A DNA stretch of 61,939 bases, filler included, from Jimgerdemannia flammicorona (Eukaryota): NCBI GenBank assembly GCA_003990765.1. It is 2 parts of 2 records of this genome, joined end to end, with 100 filler letters (N's around TTAATTAATTAA, not from the genome) between each part and the next. Parts side by side here need not be neighbours in the genome. Positions count along the whole stretch, not along the records: positions 31,039 to 61,939 come from RBNJ01000419.1; 1 more part is not named here. One strand, written 5' to 3'. Both the position numbers and the translations under genes were made by a program. Below the pieces are notes generated by a model. It saw only the letters and a program-made list of their open reading frames with translations, had not been told where the DNA came from and did no database searches. Position 1 is the first letter of the stretch, and every line of letters starts with the position of its first letter. Of this stretch, positions 35,540 to 48,800 are shown piece after piece.

Positions 35540-35940
35540 TGAACTTCCAAATCCCTTGGCTTGTCTTGTTCCTTCAGTTAGTTCAGAAACTTCCTGTAAC
35601 TGTGGAGTCTTGACCTTCATGAAGACTGCTTGGGCAATCTTCTGTCCTCTAATGATTCAGTGCCATTCTACACTGCTGTTGTGTAGGATAACCTTGATTT
35701 CGCCTGTATATCCAGGGTCAATAGTTCTTCCTTCTACAGTTATCCCTTGTCTGGCAAGTCCGGACCTTGAGGTTAGTTGAATATAAGCTCCTTGGGGTGG
35801 CTGCATGGCTAATCCAGTTCTGATCATGAAGGTTTTTCCAGGCTTGATAGATTCATCCTCCAGGCTGTGAAGGTCATATCCTAAATCTTCTGGATAGGCT
35901 TTGGTCAGGGGTTTGGCCTTTGGGTGCTGCAGGGCATACT
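35540..35940 (-). pseudogene. dut: dUTPase domain of Gypsy B, between protease and RT
   Basis: DLGYDLHS, RTGL, QLTSRSGLA, GRTIDPGYTGEIKVILHN, KIAQAVF, RQAKGFGSS; a single TGA (ex-CGA) stop. Confidence 0.92.
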
Positions 35941-38900
35941 GGGCAATATCCTTGCTGAGTTTGGGCTTCCCTAAGACTGAAGCTCCACTAATAGAGAGCC
36001 TCCAAGTTCTGAGATTGAGGTGTGGCCATCTGGCTCCAGTAGAAGGATCTTGGAGGTAGTTGATTCCTCTTCTTCCTATAGGGTCTAGGGCTTCCATGAA
36101 GTTGGTAGCATCTTCTGCTCATCCTTGGTGGGTTGCATGTCTGATGAGAGCTAGGAAGTCTTCTCCCAGATCATAGATCTTGAGGATTCCTTTTCTGGGC
36201 TTCTTGGTCTGGCTTTTTCGAATCTGGCTTTTCCAGATCTGGCTTTTTCGGATCTGGCTTCAGTTATCTCCTTTCTTCAAAGTGTGCACTGCAACATCAT
36301 GACTAAGATGAATCTTCTGATGTCTGCAGTCTCGGCAGTCAGGGTGTCTCCCATGGTTGCAAATATCCCATTGCCCAAAAATAATTTTCCCAGCTCTTTA
36401 TCTCTTGTTGTCTTGGGAATCGGTACCCATCTTGATCATAGGTTGGGGGAAGGGTAGACAAGGGGTATATTTCTGTTTGGGTGAAGAAGCCTTGTCCTCT
36501 AAATCAGCTTTGTAACCTTGTGGTGACTTCTTGAAAGATGGTGGACTGTGCAAGAGTAGTTAGGGGTTCTGGTCTCTGGGGTCTCTGTCTTTCTTGTTGG
36601 TCTAATATATGGCACTGATAGCAGTAGTCTTGGGGAGAGTGAAAGACCATTTGGTGTAGACATCTTTTTAGCTGAAAAGCTTTCTCTTGGTGGGTTTCTT
36701 TCTTGGGGATAATGGTGATTGTACTGGGTCCTTCTTCTGTATTCCAAGGGTCATTGTCTTCAGGTGGTATCTAGTGAGAGTCATTCCAGGGGATGAGTTT
36801 CTTCATCAGGTGCTTCTTGTTCAGGAACTTCTTGGTCAGAAGTTTCTTCTTCCTCAGATTGTTCTTGACCCCAAATTGCTTGTACTTCTGCAGCTTCCAT
36901 TGCAGGTGTTTCTGGAATATGTCTGCATTTCTTCTTCTTCTTTCTGCACTCTGGGCAGGCTGTGCCAGGCGATTTCCTTGTTCCCATGATCTTGGAGGAG
37001 TGCTTGGGACACTTGTGTCTCTTGAGACATGTAGGACATCCTTGGCTTCTTCTGCAATAGCTCCAATAGTAATAGGGATAGTGTTCTTGGCCTACACATT
37101 ATCTTCTGGCCAGTCATCTATCAGATTGATTCAGAGATTGAGTCTGGGATCATTTTCATCTTCAGATTCTTCCTCTTCCTCTGTGGTGGATTCTTCACTG
37201 CTGGCATATTCTTCCTGAATAGTGACCTTCTTCTTCTTCTTTGATTGCTCATAGCTGGTCATCTTAACTCTGTACTTCTTGCCTCAGTAGTCAAACTTGA
37301 GTACTTGTTGGCCAATATCAATGACTGCATACATTTCCTTCATTCAGTTGGTACCAAGAATCATGTCATAGGTGACAGCTTCTGTGACAACAGCTTTGGA
37401 GATAGAGAACTAAATGTGTCCAAGAGAGATAGTGATGTTTCGTACTTCTCCAAGGGGTTGAGTTTGGGCACCATCTGCTACTATGATGCTGAGGTGGGAT
37501 GGTCCATCAATGGGCCATTGGAGGGTATCCAGAAACTGTTTGGCAATAATACAGACAGCTGCTCCTGTGTCTATGAGGATCTTTGCCTTTTGTCCTCCAG
37601 TATCTCCATATAGATAGGTGCTGACATGTCTTTCAGCTGCCTGAACAGGGATGGGAACTGGTTCTTGCTGTGGGATTGGGACTCGGCCAGTGCTACACCT
37701 GGTGGTTCTCAATAATTTGTTTCAGACTCCAGCTGGTGTCAATTGCAAGAACTGCAGGAGGGGAACTTCCATCTTGGCCTCTTGGATCTTCTGCCAGGCT
37801 TTATTGTAGATGTCTCTCGACATGGTCTTCAGAGTGTACTTCTTCTTAGGCTTTGGAGCAGCAGGTTCCTGTTCTTCTTGTTCCATTTCCTCATCTTCTG
37901 GTGGCAACTCATTTGTCTTGGGGACAAAAGGTGAAGGGGTTCGAGGAGGTGTTTCTACTTGTTCCTCCTCATATTCTTCCTCCTCTTCTTGGATAATTCT
38001 TCTGCTGATATTCCTGGATGGTCTTCCTATAGATCTCTTTCTTTTCTCTGCTGGATAGACTGTTTCCAGGTTGTAACCTTAGTGGGGTACAAGTCTAGGT
38101 CACTGTAGTCTTCGCTGTTGCTTGCTTCTTCGAAATCTTCAACAGGATGGGCTTCAGTCTTCTTGTACTGAGTGTCATTCCTTCAGTTTGGTGGTTCTGA
38201 GTCCCTTTGGTCACTTCTTTTGTTGTCACATTTGGTGGCATAGTGTCCAAATTGTCCACAGTGGAAGCATTAGACTTGGGCTCTGTCTCAGACAGAGTAC
38301 CTTCTTTCTTCTTGCTGGTAATTCCTGTTATCTCTTGGTGGATAACCTTGGCTCCTCTGTGGTGGATATCCCCTATTGTCTTAATAGCTCCAATTTTCAC
38401 ATGTAGTGAGTTTTTCAATCTGTCCAACCAATTGGTCCAACTTGGAGCTAAGGTCTTGGATTTCACTTCTATCCTTCTTTTCTTCCTTGGCTGGCCTTCT
38501 TTCCTTGGATCTTTCTTATCCTTGAAGGAGTCCTTGCAGGGCTTTGACCAGGATATCTTCTTTATCTTACTTCTTGTTATGATCACTCTAGGTAGTTTCT
38601 TATCTAACATCAAAGTATCCTTGGGCTACATCTACTTACTCTTCAGACCTTCTAATGCCTAGGGTGCAGATATGCTGGGCAATATTTGGGGGAATTCCAT
38701 TCATAAAGGTCATTGGACCTATGATGTCCTAGTTGGTGATATTGAATCTGGCAGTATACATTCTCTTCTGAATTCTTGTGAAGAAGGCTCTGGGTGATTC
38801 TCCAAGATTCATCTTCATCCCCATGATGGATTCTTGAGCCTTGTGGTGGGTTTCATTTCCTGCATACTTTTCAATGGGCTAATGGACCATGGCCTCATAT

Positions 38901-39688
38901 TCTAGCTCATCGGAGAATACTGCTTGTATCTGTCTTGCTAGTTCTGAATCTGGGTTATTTACTGTTTGATGGAAAATTCCTCTGGCTGGTTCCCTGAGCT
39001 AAGCTTTGTAGATGGCGATTTTTCTTTCATCTGAGAGATTTCTCAAGGCTGCAATTCCTTCGATTCCATTAAGAAATTCTCTGAGGTCTTCCTCCGGATA
39101 TCCTGCAAAAGTTGGCAATGAGGTGGCCATTTTATCGTCACTTTCTTCTGATTCTGGTTCAAGTTTGGATTCTGTTTCTGATTCACTTTCTGAACTGTCA
39201 CTAGAGATGGTGGTGCTTGGGTATCTTGAAGATAGTATTCTGGTCCTTGGATGGAGTGAAATAGGCCTAGGTATTCTTGTAGGAGCTACTTCTGGTTCTG
39301 CAAGGGGTTGTGGTAGGGGTTCTATTGGTGAGATTGGTGGGACTGGTGTGGGGTGTCTGGCTATAAAGTATTGGGTCCATGTAATAAGCTCTTCTAGTTC
39401 TTATGCAAGTTCTCCAAAATCTCTAGCAGGGCTGCCTGTATTGTCTAGTTGATCTGATTGGGAATTTCGGGCTATACTGCCTTCTGGTTCTGGTTGGGAT
39501 TCTTCTAATGCTGGCTAATTGGCAAGTCTTAAAGTGATTACTTCTCTTCCTGTCCAGATGCTGGTGATAACTGGTTCTCCTATAGTGATAGAGGTTGGTG
39601 TTGTATCAAATGTATCCAGTTTGACTGTGGGTTCTTGTGAGCTGAAAAGTCGTATCGATTTTGAAATCTTCCCAGTTCAGCCCCCAAA

Positions 39689-40967
39689 TGTAATATGTTG
39701 GCAAATTACAAGGTTGGGGGTTGATGTAGTTTGGCTTGAGCCCCCAGTTACTTTGTCAAAAGTAACAAAATATTCTAAGATTCCTGAGGTCCTTGGTGTT
39801 TAGCAGTGTAATAGTCAAGATCTGGATACTGCACAAGCTGTTTCCTTTCTGGGACAGGTTCTTGGATATAGTGGCAGTTTTGTGTGAGTAGTTTTCTTCT
39901 TGGGTGGCAGTCAATTTGTATATAGTGCAAGCGGGTTCCTTATTCGGATCAACTGGGAACTGGTAGAATTTCATGTGTAGCATGAATGGGTTTCTTATTC
40001 GGGTCCACTGGGAATGTCATGATTTTGTGTAGCATGACAATCCCTGTGTAACAGTCTGGCAATTTAGCAGTTCTCCTTCTTGAGTGATGGGCAATCTCTG
40101 TATAGTGCAATGATCTTCAAAAGTATGCAATTTCTGGTGGATGGCTTGATTTGGCTCACTGGGAATAGAGGCGGCAGGTTCTCCCTGGGCTTACTGGAAA
40201 CAACGAATAACTCAGATGGCGCAGATTCTTCCTGCATCAGCAGTGTCAACTGGGAATGTGGCAGGTAACTTAGAAGCAGCAGATGAAACAGATTCAGCTT
40301 CAACTGAGAATACTACTTGGATGGTGTGAGTTCTTCCGAATTGGGCTCTTCTGGGAATATGATGGCACAGATTTCTGGGAATGCAGGTAACTCGAAAGTG
40401 GCAGACTTCTTGGAAATGGCGGTGAAGTTCTGCCTTGAACTTGGTAGTAACTTCAGGCTTATCTGGTAAGCAAACCAAAAACAGACTTGTTCTTTATATC
40501 AGAAAGTGGACCAGAGTAGAAGAGAAAAGAACCAAGCTCACAACTTCTTGGCAGTGGCTCATTGGCAGGTGTATCTCCTAAGTGTTGCAATCCTTCCTGG
40601 ATCAAGTGGCTTTTGGCAGATGTTTCTCCTAAGTGTACTAGACAATTGACTTTTGCTTTGATTTGTATTCAACTTTCGGACTGAGGTTTATTCACTCTTA
40701 TCTCTGGGGTAATTTATACATTGTGGTTGATATCTGGTTGCTATCTGACTAACTATAGATTTGCTATCTATGGTGTATTTGGGGGGACAGTCACTGTCCG
40801 GCAGACAGTCACTGTCCAGGGGACAGCCACTGTTCACATTATTCCCTTCTTTGGCTATCTGGTTATTTATACATTTTTCTGCAGCAATGGTTGCTGGTTA
40901 CTATGCTATACTAATGTTCATATCACCTGGATAGGCTTTGAGATTGCTATATTTTGTGGTTTGTCAC
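39689..40967 (-). repeat. 5' LTR of Gypsy B (~1279 bp), followed by a tRNA-Pro-like PBS (39669-39686)
   Basis: Minus strand TGTGAC...ATTACA, then TTTGGGGGCTGAACTGGGA, resembling the tRNA-Pro PBS TGGGGGCTCGTCCGGGAT. Only one LTR copy is visible. Confidence 0.7.
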
Positions 40968-43900
40968 AATATAAATAAAACTCATCATCAATGCTATGAT
41001 GGTGAATGAAGTCTGAGAGATCTTATACAATTACTACCAGTAGACATCTGCATCAAACAGATTCCACCTAAAAGTACATCTGTTGAATTTCTGAATGAAG
41101 TATAAGAAGAGTATCTGAGACTATACTAACTGTGTTGATGATCTGATAATTTAGTGAATTCTCTTTCTATGTCAGCAGACCTTATCAAGGATAAAGATAA
41201 GATTCTGGCTCTTATATATAGCCTTCCCAAGACATATAATATAGTTGTCACTACTATGAAAGAATCTGGTAAATTAATAAACTATAAGTACATCATTATG
41301 AGCCTTTTAAATAAGAAATTGAGATTGGGTGACTTCAATAATAAAGACGATGAGAAAGCATTCTATAGAGTATATAGACAAGGTAATAGTAAGTCAAAAA
41401 GGAGCAAAACCAGTAGTATGATAGTCAATAAGCCAAATTTGACAGTAAATACTTCTACTATAATAAGTGTGGACACTGTGAGTAAGACTAAAACTATAAG
41501 AAAAAGAAAAATAGTAGTCAAGATAAGTAATATAGACAAGTGAATATCATGAACACTAATAATAATAAAAGCAGTAGTAGAGGTCTATTCTTTATAGAGG
41601 TAAATATAAGCATAGATTTGAAAAAAATAAAATTACACTAATAAAAAATATTAATATAAATATCAGTACTAATACATATAAGCTATACATCAAATACTTA
41701 TACATATAGTGAAGAAGTCTAGATTATTAATTCTGATGTAATATAATATATAATAGTACACTATGAGTTTTTCTCCTTATAAAAGAAGTTCAAGTACTCT
41801 AAATCTATTAAACTGAGTGATTATAATGTCATTTATACTTAAGGTAAGAGAAATATCAGTATACACCTATATGGAAATATTGACAAACTCTCAGATACCT
41901 ATATAAACATATTATATATACATATCAAATATAGATAAGAAACTCTTCTTGATAGGCCAGATGATGGTTTAAGGAGATAAAGGAGTAAATTTATATCTGA
42001 ATACTATAATAGTGATTAATCTAATGAATAATATGAATCTAATATATATATTAAAAATGGAAAAACCATATATAATTAATAGTATACCAAGTAGTACATT
42101 ATCTGTATATTCTATAAAAGCAACTGATATCTGTTATATATAGTATAAATACTTTGGACACTTTAGTAAGATAAGCTTAAAATAGATAATAAGGAGTAAA
42201 TCTATATATAGATAGATTACTGAACTATATACTACTGAATTTCGGTTTTTGTGATAAATGTATAATAAATAAGACTTCTCAGTAATCTTTTCAGGAATGG
42301 ATAAAGAAAGTGACTGATATTCTCAATATAATATATATAGATATCTATAACCCTATATAAACTTTAATATATTCTAACAAGAGATACTTCATCACCTTCA
42401 TTGATGATTATACTCATAAAATCTATATATACTTTCTTATAGTGAAGAAAGAAATATCTAAAAAATATTAAGAATTTAAGATAACTATGAAAAATAAAAT
42501 TGAATATAAGATATAGACTCTATGCTCAGATAATGATAAGAAATATATCAACAAAGCCTTCAGAGACTTCTTGAAGAAGCATAGTATCTAACACTCTATG
42601 ATGACTCCATATATATATACTTGACAGAATAGTATAGTAGAATACTTTAATTGAACAGTATTAGAGATAGCTTAAATTATGATAAATACAGCTAGCTTAC
42701 TGTACTCATTCTGGACTGAAGTAGTGAATATAGTATATATTCAAAATAGTTATATTTCTCAAGCTCTAAGTAAGGATTCTGGCAGATCTAGCACATCTAG
42801 CTAATAATTCAAGAATGATAGTGATCTTATCCCTGAGGAATTATGGAGTAAATCTAAGTCTGATATCTCATATATATGGATATTTGGAAGTAAAGCTTAT
42901 AATCTAGATAAGAGTGATAATAAAGACAAGTTTGAGTGGGTCTGGCTGGTGAAAGTATTAGATAGAATTGGGGTTCCAGTCCCATTTCGGTCAGCGATGG
43001 TCAGTCTACTGGAAAGGAGTAGGACTGCGCTCATGTGTAATGGGCATAGAGGGGTTGCATTCCCTCTGGGTAGGGGAGTGCCCCAGGGGGACCCACTATC
43101 CCCCATTTTGTATGCTCTTTCCTTGGAACCTCTAATGGACAGGATTCGGCAGAGGATAGTTGGGCTCTCTATCTATAGAGTTGGCTGGAAGGTTGGAGCC
43201 TTTGCAGATGATATGGTGGTTGGTTTGGGAGTGACTGCAGATGTCGAGGAGCTCAAGAAGACAGTGGAGTGGTATGAGGAGAACTCTGGGGCAAAGCTGA
43301 ATTGGCACAAGTGTGAAACAATAGTGCTGGGCAATGACCTGGTGGGCGGAGAAGTTATTGGAACAATTGTCCCAACCAGAGAGGCAGTGCGGTACTTGGG
43401 CATCTATTTGTTGGTCTATGGGTCTGTTTTGCCCAAGCTGTAGTGGGAGCAGAGGATTGGAATTTGGGAGGAGTACCTGCAGGGTTGAGGGGGAAGACAC
43501 TTCTCTCTGGCAGGAAGGATCTTGATTTTGAATGTATACTGGCTGCCAAAGCTATGGTATTTGGCTTATCATCTGGACTTCCCAGCCTGGGTGGTGAAGA
43601 GATTGGTGAAGGTGGCCAAGGGATGGATTTGGGCTGGCAGATGGAGTCAGATTGGTTGGGAGACTTTGTCCCTACCAGTGGCAAGAGGTGGTCTTGGGCT
43701 GGTGGACTTCCCCAAAAGACTATACTGCTTGAGGGCATGGTGGCTGAGGAGGGCAGTGGAGTTGTATGGAGGGGACTGGGTTCCCCTGCTGCAGAAGGTA
43801 TGGGAGAGGCAGACATCACCAAGAGGCTTGACTGGTGATCTTCTTTCATTAGTTGGGCTTCAGAATACTGCGCAACTGAGATATAAAGGCTTCTGGTGGG

Positions 43901-44809
43901 GGATAGCCAAGGGGGCACACTGCATTGATATTCGCTGGTGAGGGGATGAGGGGGAGAGGGCTTGGGGCCCGGCGATGTGGAGATGGGATGGTATTCTTCT
44001 GGGAGGCATGCCTTTACTTGAGTTCAACATTAGTGATGGCATCAAATGCCAAAGGGGACTAGGCCAGGATCTGTAGCCTAGTGGTTGGCAAGGAGTTGGA
44101 ATTGGTGAGGAGTGGGACTGGCATGGGGTTGGGACCTGGAGTGCTGCAGTGAAAAATTGGATGCCACCAAAGTACTGGGTGGTCTGGTGGTGCGTGCTGA
44201 GGAGGAATGTGATGCTTAACTTCCACTCAGGACACCTTGTTGTAGGAGGCTGCTTTGACTGCGAGGAGTGCTATAATGTAGGGCAGGAAGGGGGATTTAT
44301 TCAGATGCCAGAATATTGGCTAGGGGAGTGTGAGGTGTTGGGAGACTTTTGGCAGGTCATTGGGGACCACTTGGGGGTAAGGCGTAGGGGTGATGATGTA
44401 TGGGGGAGGTGGGAGGACCTGAGGGATCGATTGATAGAAGGGGTAGGGGAGGAGTGGATTACTCTAGGCTGAGCATTGGCTATTTGGGTGGGGCTGGCTG
44501 GTCACTGGCTATTTGTATTTGAGGAGGAGAGGCGAGAGAGCTTGGGGAGCCGGTTATCACAGTGGCAGTGCCTTATGGAGGATACCTTGACAGGCTGGTG
44601 GCTTGGTTGGGGGCTGCAGGGGGGTCGGAGGTGCCACTTGGTGGTGAAAATCTGTGGTCAGAGTGGTGGGAGAGTTGGAGTTGTGGGTGAGAGGGTGGTC
44701 TTTATATGTGAAGAGGTGGGGAGCCCCCCGATGGGGATCGGATAGTGGGTGGGATATTGATATTGTATACTTATTCATAGACTGGTAATAAAGACAGAGT
44801 CCAAGGAAC

Positions 44810-44847
<38 letters not shown>

Positions 44848-45813
44848 GTTTGAGTTTAAGATAAATAAGCATATATTCCTTAGATATGACAGAGTAGTAT
44901 ATAGATTAGAGAATTTGCAGAAATGCTGTATTATCATCTCTCATGACATTTAGTTTAAGGAGACTAAAGAATAGAAAATTTATATAAAAATTCCTATCTC
45001 TATATCTAATCTGACAGTAAAATATCTATATCAACTTTAAAGGTATCTCTAATATCTATATTAGTATTAGTACAATCTATATATATACCAATGAGGCTAT
45101 CAGAGTCAAGAATTATGGAAATTATAAATGAGGATACAGATGTGGATACCTCTCTAAAAGGTAAGAACAAGTATAAATCTAAACTATACCTGTAAGTATG
45201 CCTACATAATAACGACCAGTGAGCCAGCAAACTATACTGAAGCTATATACTTAGATAATAAGGAAGGTAAAAAAAGGCTATAGATGAGAAATATAATTCA
45301 CTCATTGAGAATAATACATTGGATTTAGTCTCTCTTCTGATAAATAGATAAGCAATAGAATCCTGCTAGGTTTATAAAATTAAATATAATTGTAATAGAA
45401 ATATAGAGCAGTATATAGTCCAATTTGTAGCAAAGTGATATTTATAAAGATATAGCATAGACTATAATGAGACCTTCTCTCTAGTATTCAAGCTTACTTC
45501 ACTTAGAATACTTCTTATGATTGAAGTTAAATGTGACTATGAAATCTATCGAATAGATATTAAGACAGTCTTCTTAAATAATAACATAGATATGAAACTA
45601 GATATTTATAAATTATAGATAATTTTGATCTTATTTGATCATCTAGATAGTATCTAGTTGGTCATAATAAGTCAGTTTTTCTATTTGCATATTCTGAAAT
45701 ATATCTCATTAAGCAGAAGTGTTAAAATATCTTAGTTATAATAACTTAATATATATTGGTGCAGTCTGACTATATTATCTCCTAAATGTCATCAATATAT
45801 ATAAAAGCATATA
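40968..45813 (+). mobile_element. Very decayed Ty1/Copia element (gag-PR-IN-RT, internal deletion, start of 3' LTR near 45720)
   Basis: LIYSLPKTYNIVVTT (copia gag), FGHFS (pre-integrase), YFITFIDDYTHKIYIYFL, IQTLCSDNDKKY, IENNTLDLV...VYKIKY...IDYNETFS...IDIKTVFLN (RVT_2). Integrase precedes RT. Confidence 0.88.
42938..44842 (+). mobile_element. 5'-truncated L1/Tx1-like LINE with poly(A) and TSD, inserted in Copia
   Basis: RGVPQGDPLSPILY, AFADD, RYLGI, GGLGL, Cys-rich C-terminus; AATAAA and poly(A) at 44813-44842; TSD ACAAGTTTGAGT at 42926-42937 and 44844-44855. Confidence 0.95.
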
Positions 45814-48800
45814 TGTAACAATTTCACAGTCATATTTAGTTTTAATACATTTTCATATCTTTTAGTTAGTCTTTTCTTATGTTCCATCACCTTCTACTTT
45901 CTTAGAAACCTTCTCCTGGTACCCAGACACCACTAGAACATTCTTGTCTTTTCTTAGCACTAAGTATTTTGTCTTAGCTAGTTATGGAACCTTTTGGAAT
46001 ATTGTAGAATAATATTAGTCAGCTTTGCCAAGAACCTATTTCTTGGCATTTCTCTTTCTTTCCAAGATCCTTCTGGATCTTTCTTTTAGATTATATATAA
46101 ATATCCTTGTTCTCTGTCTGAATAAAGCTCAAAATATTTTCTCTCAGAAATCCTTCAAGAATATTTGAACCTTTAAGTATCTCTTCAAGTTATTTTAGAC
46201 CAACTAGAACTTCCAGATTTAGCTGCTTCCTCTTAAAGAAACTAGAACAATTACACTTGGTAGCAGTGGGTGGTTATACCTTGCCTTATTAAGAAACCTC
46301 ACACAAATTCGCAAACCAGTCACAACTAGTCACATGAATCTGAAATGAGCCACAAAGAGACAGTCTACCAGCCAGACCCCTCTGCTACAGAAGAAGCAAG
46401 AGGATTGCAGCTCAACATAGAAGATATGATCAATACCATGGCCCACCAAATTTAAGAACTACAAGCACAACTAGAATACCAGAAAATACAAACTATGGGA
46501 ATATCACATCCTGTTATAGCATCAGTTAGTTTCAAGTCACTCAAGCCAGATACCTTCAATAGCCATCAAGGAGGACTATCTACAGATGCATGGACCTTCT
46601 ATTTGGACCAATACTTTGAACTCACAAGAATGAGAGATGATATGCATGTCCAATTTGCTGCTATACTTCTCTGAGGAAATGCAGCCATCTGGTGGCACAA
46701 TCATATCATGGTTACATCTGTACTCTCATATGCATAAATCAGAGATTGGGAAGCTTTCAAGAGAGCCCTTTACAAGTAGTTCAAGCCTACTAATGCTACC
46801 AAACTAGCCAGGGACAAGCTAGCAAACATCAAGTAACTCAAGTCTGTGTAAAGCTACAATACACAATTTCTGTCAATCCTACTTAAGCTACAGTAGTATC
46901 TGAGGATGAAAAGATAGACCACTATATTTAAGGTCTGAAGGGAAACACATGAGTCAAGGTTGAGCTAGAAGAGCCCAAATCTCTTGATGATGCTATGAGG
47001 ATTACCAAAGATTTGATGTCATCACTTTTGGCAACTGCTTTGAGCCAGAATGCCACAAGAAGAACTACTTTTAGAACCACCACAAAAATCAACCAAGGAC
47101 AGTTAGCCCAGCATCAATGGACTTAGACACCATGAACAAAAAGAATACCAAGCTCACCTCTGAAGAAAAGCACTGTCTGAAGAAATCTGGAGCCTATTTC
47201 TTCTGTTGCCAAACAGGACACATTGCAACCAAATGTCCTAGAAAGACTAGTGAACCCTCAAGAACAGTCACTATGTTGTCTAAAGACACGCCTGTCAATC
47301 CCACTATCAGTCAACTTGAGCTCAAGGTCAAGAAGCTTCATCTGAAGGCCTAGGTCCCTCAATATCAAACAGAAGGAGCCATTGGTCTTGACCTACACAC
47401 AGTCAAACAAGTTACTATTCCAGCCAAGGGCTGCACTCTAGTGCCTACTGGAATTGCAGTTCAATGCCCTGAAGGACATTGTGCAAGAATTGCACTGCAA
47501 TCAGAACTCAGTGTCAAATATCATTTAGATGTAGGCACTAGTGTCATTGACCCAGACTTTTGAGGACAAGATCAAGTCTTGCTTGTCAACCAGAAGGATC
47601 AAGACTATACAATTAAAGAAGGAGACCAAGTTGCACAAATGATCCTAGAAAAAGCCAGTCAACTCAAGATTACAAAAGTCCAAGAACTTCCTGAAACCAA
47701 ATAAGATCAAAAGGGTTTTGGCAGTACTGATCAAGCAGCAAGTCTTAGTGAAAATTGAGCTCAAGCCATGCTCATTTTCAAAGGCCTAGTCAAAGAAAAA
47801 GAAGTTCAAGTACTCATAGACAGCAGAGCTACAGGGAACTTCATCAATCAGAATCTCATTGAAAGCCTCAAGATCCTCACCAAGCCTGTACCCAAGAACA
47901 ATAGTATAGTCACTGCAGACTGTACTCTGCACTCCATTGAGTCAATTGCTGCCAAACTGCCCATCAAGATTCAGAAATATTGGGAATGAGTAGACTTCAA
48001 GGTTACACCACTAGGAGATCATGACTTGATCTTAGGAAAACCCTGGCTTATGAAACACAACCCAGACATTGATTGGTATATGAATGAAGTTACCTTACTT
48101 CAAGATGGAGCCAATATTATAATCAAGACAGACAAGGCTACAAGCAAGACCCAGATTGCAATACTGTCAGCTATGCAGTATAAGAAAGCACTTAAGAAGA
48201 CAATGCATACCTTTGTTGTAATGATCTGCTCCAAGAAATGAGACAAGAGACTATCACTCAATGAAAGCATCAAGCTACTGCTAGAAGAATTCAAGGATGT
48301 CTTTCCAGAGAAGCTACCTGGTCTACCACCTATATGAGAAGTTGATAATGAAATTGAACTGACCACAGGAGCTGTACCACCTAAGAAATACATATACTAT
48401 ATGTCACTACTCAAAATTGAAGCAGTCAAAATTGAACTAGAAGAACTACTTGCATGAGGAGTTATCCAGCCAAGCAAATCTCCTTATGGCTCACCAGTCT
48501 TATTCATCAAGAAGAAGGATGGTACTCTGTGAATGTGTATAGACTATTGTGTACTCAACAAACTCACTGTCAAGAGCTGCTATCTACTACCCTTGATTGA
48601 TCAAATCTTTGATGCTCTCAAGTATTTCACCAAGTTAGACCTTATGTCAGAATACTACCAGATTCAAATAAAGCCAGAAGACATTCCCAAGACTGCATTC
48701 ATGACTCCCTTTGGACTCTACAAATTCCTGGTCTTAGCATTTGGTCTCACCAATACACCTGCTATATTATAGATACTGATAAATAAGATATTCAAGGACC

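Larger units (their letters stand above)
34345..40967 (-). mobile_element. Ty3/Gypsy element family B: LTR-PBS(Pro)-gag-PR-linker-dUTPase-RT, truncated by LINE
   Basis: Gag MATSLPTFAGYPEEDLREFL; CCHC knuckle CFHCGQFGHYATKC (~38230-38270); [51 protein letters not shown]. Confidence 0.92.

Noticed and set aside
36781..36987. ACPECRKKKKKCRH, resembling half of a Zn2Cys6 (GAL4) cluster inside Gypsy B
   Set aside because: It lies in a different frame from the protease-continuous reading (…AQSAERRRRNADIFQKH…) and lacks the second Cys triplet; most likely an off-frame coincidence.
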